Below, in pieces: positions 27,001 through 37,820 of a stretch of DNA of 64,000 nt. Position 1 is the stretch's first letter. Every line of letters begins with the position of its first letter. The position numbers and the translations under genes are program-made. The notes under the pieces are model-generated. The model was given only the letters and a program-made list of their open reading frames with translations. It had not been told where the DNA came from and searched no databases. The stretch is from Bugula neritina (taxonomy: Eukaryota; Animalia; Bryozoa), in contig OZ037765.1 of NCBI GenBank assembly GCA_964035545.1, positions 23,993,504-24,057,503 of the forward strand, given 5' to 3'.

Positions 27001-28232
27001 AGGACACACAGTGCACGAGGCTGCCCCAGCACTGCTGTAATATCCTGGATCACATGCTAGACAAGCTGAAACAGAGTCGGAGTTAGAGTTACTGTTGTAA
27101 GTTCCAGCAGGGCATTCAGTCTTGGTAACATTGCCCCCTTCACAGCTGCAATACAAGACAGATACTTGGTAGCTAATAGCATCCAGCTGGTTCATTCAAA
27201 GGGCTATTAGCTTAGATTATCAAATAGACTTTATATTGTTAGCTGCATGCTACGGAATTAGTTTCTGTTGATTTAATATTTAGGCTTCTATATTTAGAAG
27301 AATGCAGATTGAAATTTCAAAGAGCTGTTTGCTTAATTTATAAATATATAATACAGTGTAAGTGAAATCAAGTAAGGCCAGCCAGAGGTACAACACATAG
27401 CATGCTAAGAGTCCAGCAACTTACTATGAGCCAGGGGGACAGTTCTGGCAGCCAGAATTCTCATAGTAAGTCCCAGCAGTACAGTCCTCAGCTGTACATA
27501 CTCCTTGAGCTGAGCCTACAACAATGTATATACAGTACGAGACTTACTAGACTTAAATATTATTCCTTATTATACTTAAAAATACATCTTTTAGTTAGCT
27601 TGGGCTCCTTAAATTTTAATTGGGTACATTTATATTTTCAGTATTAGCTAATTGTGTAGATGATCATGTGTTATGCATATAATAAACAAGTTTAATTTTG
27701 AGCAGAAATTGTCATCACTGCTTCTATAGTAGGTATGTAGTTGATTGAAATTCGACTCTGTATTATCCTCTCAAGTGTTATGTGAATACTGAAACTGTAA
27801 ATATCATGCTGCTGTAGCAGCATCACATCAGTTATCAGGTTGGCCACTTCTACATTATTGGAGTTTAGGATTATAATATAGAAAAACTTTTTGCTTTAGA
27901 TTAAAGTGTGCTAGTATAAAGCCTTGGGCAGTGCCCTGTTTTTTATATTGAATTTATACCTCATGTTTTCACATAGAGATTTCAAAAATCTAACTATATT
28001 ACAACCAACTCGAAGTAGTGTCTAATGGACAGGAGGGAAATATCATCAGCTTTTAGTAAAGTCCTATAAGTTGCATGTTATAATATTCATTTAAATGAAA
28101 CAGTTGTCAGGTAAACTAAACTTTTATGGGTTGATTAGTTGAAAGTGAAATATTTTTACCTATCAAAGAGAAGCATAAGAGAAGACTCAATATTGAAGCA
28201 CCACAAGTAAGGGTTTTGCTAAGCAGATGCAT
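71..28232 (-). CDS. Giant secreted/cell-surface cysteine-rich repeat protein (GCC2/GCC3, Ephrin_rec_like-type CxxCPxGxxC repeats); 39 exons, about 1930 aa visible; 3' part lies beyond the left edge
   Basis: Phase-consistent GT-AG exon chain: 28160-28232, 27425-27515, 26970-27145, 25314-25429, 24024-24138, 23282-23479, the 17 array exons in 11587-22512, 11239-11344, 10588-10765, 10106-10222, 9665-9745, 9270-9497, 8535-8697, 8181-8299, 7747-7938, 7327-7454, 3052-3174, 2609-2832, 2020-2265, 1585-1747, 1076-1242, 574-843, 71-201 (5790 nt). Translation gives continuous C-x2-CPAG-x2-C...C-x2-GxYS repeats. No transmembrane segment or stop codon is seen in the window. Confidence 0.9.
2885..3047. repeat. 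Degenerate ~30-bp intronic minisatellite, about 5 copies
   Basis: Recurring caagagcacataactactaataaatacaag-like units abutting the donor site at 3050-3051. Confidence 0.7.
4590..4900 (-). pseudogene. Academ transposase remnant (C-terminal region)
   Basis: LPPTDEAIGQ/(N)VTRAHLQVAI*...NPLEH...SLFPKG with frameshifts and stops; resembles the LPPTxxAxxxHxxRAHxQxxxW motif. Confidence 0.7.
5050..5455 (-). mobile_element. 3' fragment of an RTE-clade non-LTR retrotransposon nested in the Academ element
   Basis: KQISATETRMLQNIYNMNWEDHVTNDNIKEEAKIEAIAIDMRRRPLQ*YGNVRRRD...RKRKRG..KKRLMDTMKDG...DVDNRIR*, the typical post-RT tail (EMRMLR...D.V.N..IR...RL.W.GHV.RR...G.R.RGRP). Ends in a GGTGAGAAAG-like tail near 5050-5070. 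Confidence 0.75.
5460..5960 (-). pseudogene. Academ transposase remnant (central region), frameshifted
   Basis: Joining frames gives ...YLHSVEVMPQDVRIEFTAGNHKMHHKRGQLNGIWSDMTIEVTFVRFGHSKG/IIGITTKSETLKVWVYSTSAC..., matching the NGxWSDxxIExTxMRxGxxxGxIGIT pattern as I recall it for Academ transposases. No search was run. Confidence 0.7.
10335..10440. repeat. Short intronic tandem repeat, ~44-bp unit, about 2.5 copies
   Basis: Recurring atgcaacattacacctacatg...cattatatcta. Confidence 0.6.
12444..12589. repeat. 15-bp minisatellite (tagtaacctgtacat) x~9.7 spanning the 3' splice site of array exon E
   Basis: Units start at 12444, 12459 ... 12579. On the minus strand each unit reads ...TACTAATGTACAG|GT(or CT)TAC. 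Confidence 0.95.
21268..21691. mobile_element. Fold-back MITE with AT TSD (ISL2EU/PIF-Harbinger-group-like)
   Basis: TIRs AGACC(T/C)TTTTCA(A/G)AGGT...CAATTAAGAGT(T/A)GTGTCCTCCCAAA. AT at 21266-21267 and 21692-21693. The empty paralogous site caccagact-AT-tagtactc lies at 18281-18299. Internal ~70-bp hairpin 21491-21633. Confidence 0.9.
21727..22007. mobile_element. Mutator-like (MULE/foldback) MITE with 9-bp TSD
   Basis: TSD ATACAAATC at 21718-21726 and 22008-22016; single copy at the empty paralogous site (~18316-18324). Arms are built from inverted GGTAAAAATGGCAC repeats, with a centre of degenerate AACCC(T/C) repeats. Confidence 0.9.
26796..26809. promoter_or_regulatory. RFX X-box-like motif in intron 3 of the Cys-rich gene
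   Basis: GTTGCCATAGAGAC versus the X-box consensus GTTGCCATRGYAAC. Motif match only. Confidence 0.35.
28160..28232 (-). CDS. Signal-peptide exon (exon 1) of the Cys-rich gene
   Basis: ATG at 28232-28230 gives MHLLSKTLTCGASILSLLLCFSLI-G. The phase-1 donor G|gtaaaa joins exon 2 (GSAQG-VCTAEDC). Hydrophobic core and an A-Q-G cleavage-like site. Not in the ORF track. Confidence 0.8.
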
Positions 28233-28679
28233 GTTACTCTAGTGCAGTAACTGTCTGTGAGCTCATATATATGGATGCTGTCATCACATCCTTAGAGTAA
28301 TAGGAATATAGTTATATCTAAAATATTACAAAGTTGGGTAATCAATCCTTAATTAATCAATAATTCAGTTATAGTAAGTATTTGAGACTTGAAATAAAAA
28401 CACACATATTATAATTATCCAATCTACAGAGCAAGCTATCAATATTATACACATATCAAAGCACATAGATTTCAATATAGTTGTTTTAGTTATTTGATAC
28501 CTGTTAAATTAGTTATACACAGTCAGGCTTGAAGAAAGTTATAATCCAAAAAATAGTTTAATGACTGTTGCAGTACGAAAGTGCATCTGAACACATAATG
28601 CTAACGGCTGATATATTTGACTGCTTCAGCAAATGATAACAGCCACCTGCCTGTACGTAAGTCAAACTTTACAATGAAT

Positions 28680-28770
28680 TGATGACGCCATTTATTTATT
28701 CAGTGACATGACAACTGAAAAATTCTAAGTGTGCAATTGGCCGTTCCCTTGTGATTGGCCAATCAATTGA
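28680..28770. promoter_or_regulatory. Putative promoter elements of the Cys-rich gene (paired CCAAT boxes, CRE-like half site)
   Basis: Perfect palindrome TGATTGGCCAATCA at 28752-28765, another ATTGG at ~28736, TGACG at ~28683; about 500 bp upstream of the ATG. Confidence 0.35.
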
Positions 28771-29290
28771 ATTATTCAATGCTCAAGCAATTTGTAAGCA
28801 CGAGTTGAAAGGGAACATTTATGTGAAGATTGATAGGCCCTGCGCCTTTCATTGCTGTTATAACAACTCCTCCCAAATACCTACTTGGCTACTGACAAAG
28901 CTACATAGGCTATATGCAAACTGTGTTCCACTAGCAAGACTTCTAACATTCAAAAACCTTTCTTGCACTATAATTTAAGAGCAAAGAGCCAGCAATACTT
29001 TAAAATGTTACTTTTTAAGAACAATTAACTTACAGTTTATGTATAAATGCACTCCTCATATATCAAACTGTTAGGCTGACAATCTTAGTGCTGCAGGTAG
29101 GCTGTAAGTATAGACTAAAGTGCAACAATTTCTTAAAAATTGTTTATCTCCACTTTACAATAAGCTTGATATAGCGCCAATTGTTAAAAGGTGGACCCAA
29201 ACTCAGGTAAACCAATAACATGGCGCATTGTTATGACTACACACTGGTTGAAAGAAACTGCATTTCAAATCCTGGAAATATTAGGTCGCA

Positions 29291-29556
29291 TAGTATAGAA
29301 TATATATATAGAATATAGTATAGAATATATATATAGAATATAGTATAGAATATATATATAGAATATAGTATAGAATATATATATAGAATATAGTATAGAA
29401 TATATATATAGAATATAGTATAGAATATATATATAGAATATAGTATAGAATATATATATAGAATATAGTATAGAATATATATATAGAATATAGTATAGAA
29501 TATATATATAGAATATAGTATAGAATATATATATAGAATATAGTATAGAATATATA
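29291..29556. repeat. 25-bp minisatellite (tagtatagaatatatatatagaata) x~10.6
   Basis: Perfect tandem units. They explain the three spurious ILYYILY-type ORFs at 29237-29592. Confidence 0.97.
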
Positions 29557-29782
29557 AAACACCACAGCATATACTGAACAAAACTTAGACAATAAAATTT
29601 AATTTGAACAATTCAACAATTTTATTCTGATACATGTACAAAAAGCATAAACAATAAAAGTTCAATTTACAAATGTACATATAGGTAACTTAAAAAAGAG
29701 CAGAAGGTACAAAATGAAGAGTTAATATGGGATCCATAAACCACCAGTTTACAGAAACATGTTTCTGCTACTCTAACACTAT

Positions 29783-32700
29783 TTACTTTTTGTGGCGCTT
29801 CCAAAATTTTCTAACATCGTCATGACCTTGTTTAGTTACAACTATTGTCCGGGTCTTATTATTGTCACAAATCAACACACCAATATCCTAAAATATAACA
29901 GTATAAAACAGTGGTGCAGTGACTCAACATTACGAAATAGAAAACAATTAGAAAATCCAAATTATGTCAACATTGCTAGTCAAATGATGCTGAGATTAGT
30001 GTCAATTGTTTCAGGTTCTTCTCCACTTTAGCCACTGATTGCAAGTCAAGATTTATAATTAAAACATTTTAATTTCAGGCACCACTTAAAGTTAGGCTAG
30101 TTTATATATGAACAAAACTACGAATGATTTTCACAGTTTAAATTTTGTTTCATAACTTATATTAACATAATATTACAAACCACAGGCAGTTATTATAGTT
30201 ATTACCTTTGCATAATCTCGGAGGACCTCATAGGCGTTATCAGACTGAAACTGATTATACAAAACACCATCAGTAAATTCAAATCTATTCCGTTCTATCT
30301 CCCAGAGTCTAATTTGGTCTATTATAGTGGGTGGTAAAACAGGCTTGCTTGCTAGCATCTCTTGGTGGGCGTGCATTGTTAGGTAGTTGATAATCTGTAT
30401 CAATAACAAAGCCCAGTTTTCTATATATTATAAAAAAACATATAAAAATATAGGCACAATATACCAAATTGCACATAACACGGATATAAAATATCAACTA
30501 AATAGTAAATACAGAATGTGAAACCTGTTCAGATTTAATGCCATGCACGAGGGCTTGCCGAACACTCTCCCGTGTGATGTTGCCAACAACCATGTTAGGA
30601 AATCTAAAAGAAATTTTCATATCCATGTAAGAATTGAGGGAAAACAGACATAGAAAAATGCTAAACTAAAATACACAGCAGCAAAATACACAGACATTCA
30701 ATTATATGAACTATAAACATGTCTCTGTGGGTTTACGGAACATCTGGTGAGTAATAACCTTTTGAAAAATATTTACTAGGCATGCTCACCTATTCTACAT
30801 TCAACATAAATTCATATAACAATTACCAGAATCTTAGGAGAATCTCAAGATGGTTTATTGAATATATGTTACAAAATCCAAGAAGCAAATGCTACCAAAT
30901 ACCTACAATTACATAAGACATTTAAGCAAAATAAATCTATTCACTGATACAAGCCAGCCAAAGGAAATAGTAGTTTACCTGTACAGCATGTCACAAAACA
31001 GTGCCAGTAAGGCCACTTGTAAACGAGAATCTGAAAATGAATAAATTTAACATATGTAACATAATGCCAAGACTGTCAGCAATTATATTCAGGGGCTCAA
31101 AACACTTAGAATATAATATATAATGTATAATTTATAAACAAGAAGTTCTAAGCAGCCATATTATAGATGTTTTGACATTTCACACTCAAGTTGAATTGCA
31201 CTTTCAATAAATTCTATACTATACATGGTTGAAACCTTATGGACAGTTTGAAAATATTTTGTAACTGACACAACTTTATTTTACTGATTTTTTGTACTAA
31301 CAACAAATATAATATAGCATAATTAACAGAATTGCTATTAAAACTGTTATTGCATACAAAAAAACATCTCCTTTGCTCAACTCCATTTTAATAAAAAATA
31401 GTTGTGGCAGGTAAAAGACATGTCTTATAAAGTAAGACGGGATGCCTCATTCACACTAACACACCTGTATAGGCATAGATCCTGTAGTTGGTTTCCACCA
31501 CTATGAAGCCCTTGTCTTTGCTCTCTCCTACAGATTTATTCTGTTTAGTGATGACATTTACAGCCAATCTTGTTGGATAAAATCTATCAGCAGTTCTCTA
31601 TTGAAAGAATAACTCATATATTCGCATCACCAACATACATGCTAATGGAGTTTAAACTTGGGAGCTAGCTCAGTGATTAAGCAGATAAGAGAAGTACGAG
31701 ATTGAAGTTAATAATAACTAGTATTAGTTTTATAATACTTGAAATCCAGAGCCCAACAAAAGCGCCACCAACATGGCCACAAAATTTATCATACAACAAA
31801 AAGTGTTTGGGCATATAACTCTCAAACAGTGTGTAGATGATGGCTAGGAAATATACGAAAATTATTTTAAATTCTGCATAAATGGAGTGTTTCAGAGATT
31901 CTTTGAATATCAACAAACACCAAATAAAAATTTAGCATAAAAAACTTTAGAACTTACTTTTTTTTGAAAGACTAGACCTAATTCTCGGAGGTGTTGGAGA
32001 AACTTCTGCTGACTTTCCGTTAGCCCACCAGCTGGGAAGTCCTTGCCCAGCGTGAAAAAGTTGAGTTGCAGCAGAAATGTAATGCATTCAACAAAATTCT
32101 GGCCACGAGACTAAAACAAAAGCAGAATCCCGTGAATTTGCTGCTATACATACTTTATAACAAAGTGGTATTCATGATTAAAACAATATAATACTCGTAG
32201 CCACACAAACCTCCACAGTATCTAGATATAGCTGTATGAAACTCCACACCTGGGAGGCTCTGTCCATGAGTAGGAAGTGAAACCCGTGTTCACTAATAGT
32301 TGGGTTCATATCTGTGCCCTCCCTGCAAACATCAATTGGATGATTCAATAAAATAAAAAAAATCACACTTGACTTTGATGTGCCACAATTTATAACTACT
32401 TTAGCTCTTATAACTAAATTTCTTGATCATGGCACATTATACAAACAAAATTTCTAAAACAGAAAATGCTCATTTTTATTTATAATCAGTAAGAAAACTT
32501 TTCACTGCTTTTCTTTGAAATCAACCACAAACTAAATAAATTATTAAAAAAAAAATTGAATGATATGAATGTTATGAAAAATTTTCTACTAATGTTATTG
32601 ACTTACACTTTCATATAACCAGAGTGCAAAAGAATATCTGATACATCTTTGCTAATAGCCAAGTTTCCAGATTCATTCGAACCAACCATGAAATGAAGCA

Positions 32701-35676
32701 CCACCTGTAATAATTTTTAAATAGGTTAGCAGACTGAGATCAAAAGTAATGTAAAACGATTTGGAAAAAAGAGCTGCGAATCTTTACTTTTTAGTACAAC
32801 CAAAATGATTCAGATGAAATATTATAGCTAATTGTACACAGCGTATCAATCTAATAAACTAGTAAAATGCTGTACGAGTTTTACAAACCTCCCATCGCTC
32901 ATTGGCATATTTATCTAGAAAAGCGATGTCTTTGGCATTCTTATCAGGTCCAAGATGAGCTGTGTTTATGTATGCATCCTCCCTAGATATTCAAATTAGT
33001 ATAAACTTCAATACAAAACATAGTAATGCACTTTCAAATGATAATACTTTATATATTATGTTGATGAGGATGATAAGTTTAATAGTGTGATACATACTTT
33101 GCCACCAAAGCAGCCTGAAAGTTCTGTCTAAACTTTTCATTCAAGTGGTAGGTTATTAACCCTCCATGTATTTGCTGTTCCTGCCAAATTCTTAATTGAG
33201 ATAACTTTTCACAGGCATCGATTAGCTCGCTGTATAAATGAAAGTTATGGCAGAATATTTATATTTACCTGTAGTCTACGTAACGCTAGCTAATTAAGTT
33301 GGTTATATATCAGCTTCACAACAAGTCAGATTAGAAACATAAATTTGAAATCTAGGCACGCATATGTATGTTATAAAATAAAGACTACCATGAACTAAAA
33401 CAAGTATGTGGTATTACATGTAATAAATATGAACAGACAAATGCTTTATTATACTATTTAGTTATTTTTCAACCTTTGATAATCAGATGTGACCCAGGTA
33501 AAGACACCAGTCTTAGGGACAGGCTGTTCAATATATAGTATTCTCGTGAGGATATGCCTAGCAAGCACTGGCAGCTCTCTACAATATCAATTCAGACCTA
33601 CATTGCATCTGCACAAGAGAGTTTATAAAGTAAACATATATCAATATAACCTGTAATTCAAAAGCACATAACTAAAACTGAAAATTGCATTTCATACAGA
33701 TGTAAGTCAATTGTTATAGTAGAGATAACTCACTCACTCACTCACTCACTCACTCACTCACTCACTCACTCACTCACTCACTCACTCACTCACTCACTCA
33801 CTCACTCACTCACTCACTCACTCACTCACTCACTCACTCACTCACTCTCTCACTCACTCAATCACTCACTCACTCACTCACTCACTCACTCACTCACTCA
33901 CTCACCCACGTGAGTGAGTAGAGATGATATTAATAAATTTAATGAAATTTTAAAATGAAATTTGATACTAGCCTAATATTGACATTTAAATCTTACTATA
34001 ATTATATGAAGGAAAGAGAGCAATAAAAGTAATTAAAGCATAACGTATATGTTCCATCATTGCAGCAAACTAGTTTCAACAAAAAGAATACAAAACAGCT
34101 TGCAGTATAATTATTTCATTATAATCAAAAATATTCAAATAAAAATGTGGCCTGCTAAGCTTAGTAACACTGACACATATACCAACAAAAAATACAGAAA
34201 AGCATTATATATTTATTTCAACATTCAAACCAAAAGTAAGATGCTGACCAGGAGACCTAATTTTATGTTAAAACCATCTATTATATGAACAGCAGTAGTT
34301 ATATTATGCTGGCTTGTGATAGCAACAAAAATAGTAAAGTATCTGAATCGAAAAACAACACTTAAAAAAGATAGCAGGTACCGTTTGTGTAACTTTGAAG
34401 TTGGTACCAATGAAGAACATTTAAAACTAAGAGGATTCAATTCTATTCTAATAGCAATATCCCATATGACAATATTAACTATTCAACTTGATAGTAAAAA
34501 TTATAATATTTATTGTAGTGGTGTCAAACATTGACATCTAATTTGTAAGTATTACGCCTAATACTAACACCAATATTTATAAATATTAAATGTAATATCA
34601 ATTCAATTATAATTGTATCAATATTCCCAGACTGAATCTCATCGTGATAATCATAGACTGATAGTGGTACTTATAGGTTATTAGTATTACTCACAAATAA
34701 TCATTATCGTGATGTAGTCATTGTGATTTCAACAACAGTTATACTTCAAAAGCATTGATGCTCATATCAGGATACTCAGTCTCTTACCCATGCTGATATT
34801 CATATTAAGTCTTCCAATATCAAATTCAATATGAATATCCTTATCAATATCAAATTATTAAATTTAATATATTAATATAAATTATTAAATATAACATTAG
34901 TATAAATATAAAGATTAGTATTAGTATTACTATATAAAATATATTATTATTATATAATTATAATTTATATAATTATTAACTATAAATTTAAAGTATAAAC
35001 CATATTTATAACTATAACCATCAGTATTATAACTATCAGTATTAGTAAATCAAAATGAAAATGCATTTCTGTTAGTGTTATTAGTAATCAATTATTATTA
35101 GTATAAAACTAAAAGTACTAGCAAAGTACTAGTAGTAGTATTACTATTAGTATAGTATTAGTAATATAACATAAGTATAACTATTGCTGTTAGTATTACT
35201 ATTAGCTTTAGTTTTACCATCAGTATTAAGCATTATAATATTATTAATTATCAGAATTATAAATTTAAATTATAACACTAACACATTTTGATTTACTCTA
35301 AGTATAAGTATAACACTAACAGTATAACTATAATTATAAGTATAAGCCTAAGGGTAACACTAGCTATTACTATTAGTATTACAATTAGCAATACAGTTAG
35401 AGTTGGTAATAGTATAACTAATGCTATTACTATTAGACTTAGTATTAGTATTACTATTACTATTATTATAATTATAATTTATTAGTAATGCTGATAGTGA
35501 TACAATTGAATTAGTGTTATAGTTACACTGTTGGCGTTGCAGCCATCACAAGTTTATTTGAGCTCTAACCTGTAAACTGCAATGCATGTAGTAGGATGAG
35601 TATATAATTGTTCTAACACATTAGGAGAGAGAGATTTAGCAAAATCTAAGAAGCTAACTTGACTTTCTTTGGACAT
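29783..35676 (-). CDS. GTF2H4: General transcription factor IIH subunit 4 (TFIIH p52/Tfb2), 12 coding exons
   Basis: [39 protein letters not shown]...; [19 protein letters not shown]; [14 protein letters not shown]; [14 protein letters not shown]; RFYPTRLA; [15 protein letters not shown]; [19 protein letters not shown]; [19 protein letters not shown]; [17 protein letters not shown] 35676-35674, TAA 29785-29783. All introns GT-AG. Confidence 0.96.
33727..33905. repeat. (ACTC)n microsatellite, about 45 units, in GTF2H4 intron 1
   Basis: Direct reading; two interruptions near 33847 and 33860. Confidence 0.97.
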
Positions 35677-35714
35677 TCTGACTTTTGTATTTCTGTTTTT
35701 TCCTTTCCAGCCTA

Positions 35715-35888
35715 GGAAAAATTGCTATAAGTAATCCCTAGTTGAGGGTTACTGAGTGCAGTATTTTGGGTCTCAAGTTTGGAGTTGGGGGCTCTAAGTC
35801 CCAATCTGAACTCTAATTTTTAAATTTAAGAACTTTAAATTACTGCACTCTGTCACCTCCAACTTGAGGCTGTTTATAACAACTTTCC
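35715..35888. repeat. Imperfect inverted repeat (decayed MITE or hairpin) upstream of the GTF2H4 ATG
   Basis: ggaaaaattgctataagtaatccctagttgagggttactgagtgcagta aligns with the reverse complement of tactgcactctgtcacctccaacttgaggctgtttataacaactttcc. Confidence 0.55.
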
Positions 35889-37820
35889 GACCAAGCAAGT
35901 GCTTAGCCTGAGATACAAATTAGCAAAAGTTTACGCGCGACCATTTGGGTTTATTGGGAATATGGTTGTGGTTAAAGCCTAGTGTTTGCAGCTGGATAAG
36001 ATTATGCAATGTCTTTATTTGAAGTTTTGATAATTTTGATTTTGAGACTAAAAAAATACTTAAATGAATATGATTATTATTTTATTAAATAGCTATAAGT
36101 TCAATAATTAAACTGAGAGCAACAGCATTTATATATTGTAGTAATGTCGTGAACGAGTGTCCACATTAGGATCGCGAAATACTATTTATATCGAAAGCTA
36201 TTATCAATGTCTGTTAGCGATTCCCTTTTTTCATAGTGTAGTATCTGTCCGTTTGTCTATAAACACATTCTTGCGACTACTCTACTGTCAAGTACTGCAA
36301 GTTCATAATCCTTGCAATTATAATATTTATTACTTTTGCGTGTTTACAAAGGTGAACTCAGCGAACGTTAATTTCTCCCTGTAATTTGATAAGCTGGTGT
36401 CAGTCAATACTGTGTAACACTCTTAAGACTGCCATTTAATTATTATAAAATAAATTAAAATATTTATAATGATTATTATAATGATATTAATATTAATATG
36501 ATATTTAATTTTTATTTTATAATAATATTAATATTAAATTAATATTAATTTATTATAGTTGTATTTTATTTTTGGTTATTAATTTTAAATTTAATATAAA
36601 TATAAATGATAAAATTAAAATTTCCTTTAAGTTTAAATTATAGTTAACCTTAGTAACTGTAAGTAGTTACCCATAATAGTTAATACTAATAGTAATACTA
36701 ATAGTGATAGTAATACTTAGTCTTAGACTAATAACCGTAATATCCTTATCTAACTTAACGACTAAGAGTCTTAACTTCGAAGTCCCAAGTTCAAGTTGAA
36801 CTTGAAGTTTATCATAAGCCAACACTAACTCTAAGCACAGTCACAGTAACTCAAACTGTAAGTGTAAGTGTAACTCTAACTGAGTAAGACTAAGTGTAAG
36901 TTGTAACACTAACATCAACATGAACATGAGTAACAGCGTAACACCATTTTTAATATTACAATAACTGAAAGTGAGTAAATTTACCTGTTTGAATTGAAAC
37001 TTAAACTCACTTTGAGCTCGCTTTTTAGATTTAGACTAACCTCAACTTTAAGACGCAAGACTACCACTCACAAATGCTGACACTTGTAGTTGTTATTGGC
37101 AGCGAGTGTGGCTGTAAGCGTGACACTTACACTGTGAGTGTGTCTCAAACTTTGAAGCCTGACATATAGCACTAGTAGTATTGCTATTGTACTGCGTACA
37201 GCTTGAGGTTTTTTGTGTACACTTGTCTTACAGGTACTTATGAAGACTTAAACTTTCATGTTGGGAGTAAAAGTAAAACTAAAAGTGAGTTTGATGCTGA
37301 TAGCTGTTACTAATATAGATTCTTGGTTATTATTTATTGATATTTCTTATACTAATAGTGATAGTCTTAGCCTTAAAGTTATTAGGTGCAATCATAATGA
37401 TCATTGTTCTATGACTATGTTGACAATCTTTAGGCTAGCTTGCTGTGGTCATGCTTAGTGTTTTAATTAAACATTATGCTTGCGGAAATACTTATGGGAA
37501 AACACTTCAGGGAAAAATTCTAATTTTAATTGTTATGCGTTTCATTTCAAGGGCCTCGTTAGCGATTTGTGAAACATAAGTGGTGTTTGTATTCTTATTG
37601 CAATTCATATAAACACATTCTCTTCTATTCGACAGTAATTGTAGCATTACAAGAGATCCTTTTATTCAGTTGAAATGTTTGAAAAATATTTATTCATTAA
37701 CTGATTATTTCAAGGGTAAACTGTAATAATTAAATTCTGAATTGATCTAATTCTTCTGCTTTTATTTTGCAGATATATAAAAAAACATTTGATCTTTTCC
37801 GGTATGCGTTTACTTGCTAG

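Noticed and set aside
29237-29592. Three overlapping 101-114 aa Tyr/Ile-rich ORFs
   Set aside because: They are translations of the 25-bp minisatellite, with no splice or protein-family support.
35288-35485. Ile/Thr/Ser-alternating ORF (also 37258-37458 and 11311-11652) as membrane or beta-solenoid peptides
   Set aside because: They lie in intronic or 5' non-coding periodic tracts; 35288 and 11311 start at TTG/GTG and are antisense to the host gene. Treated as by-products of nucleotide periodicity.
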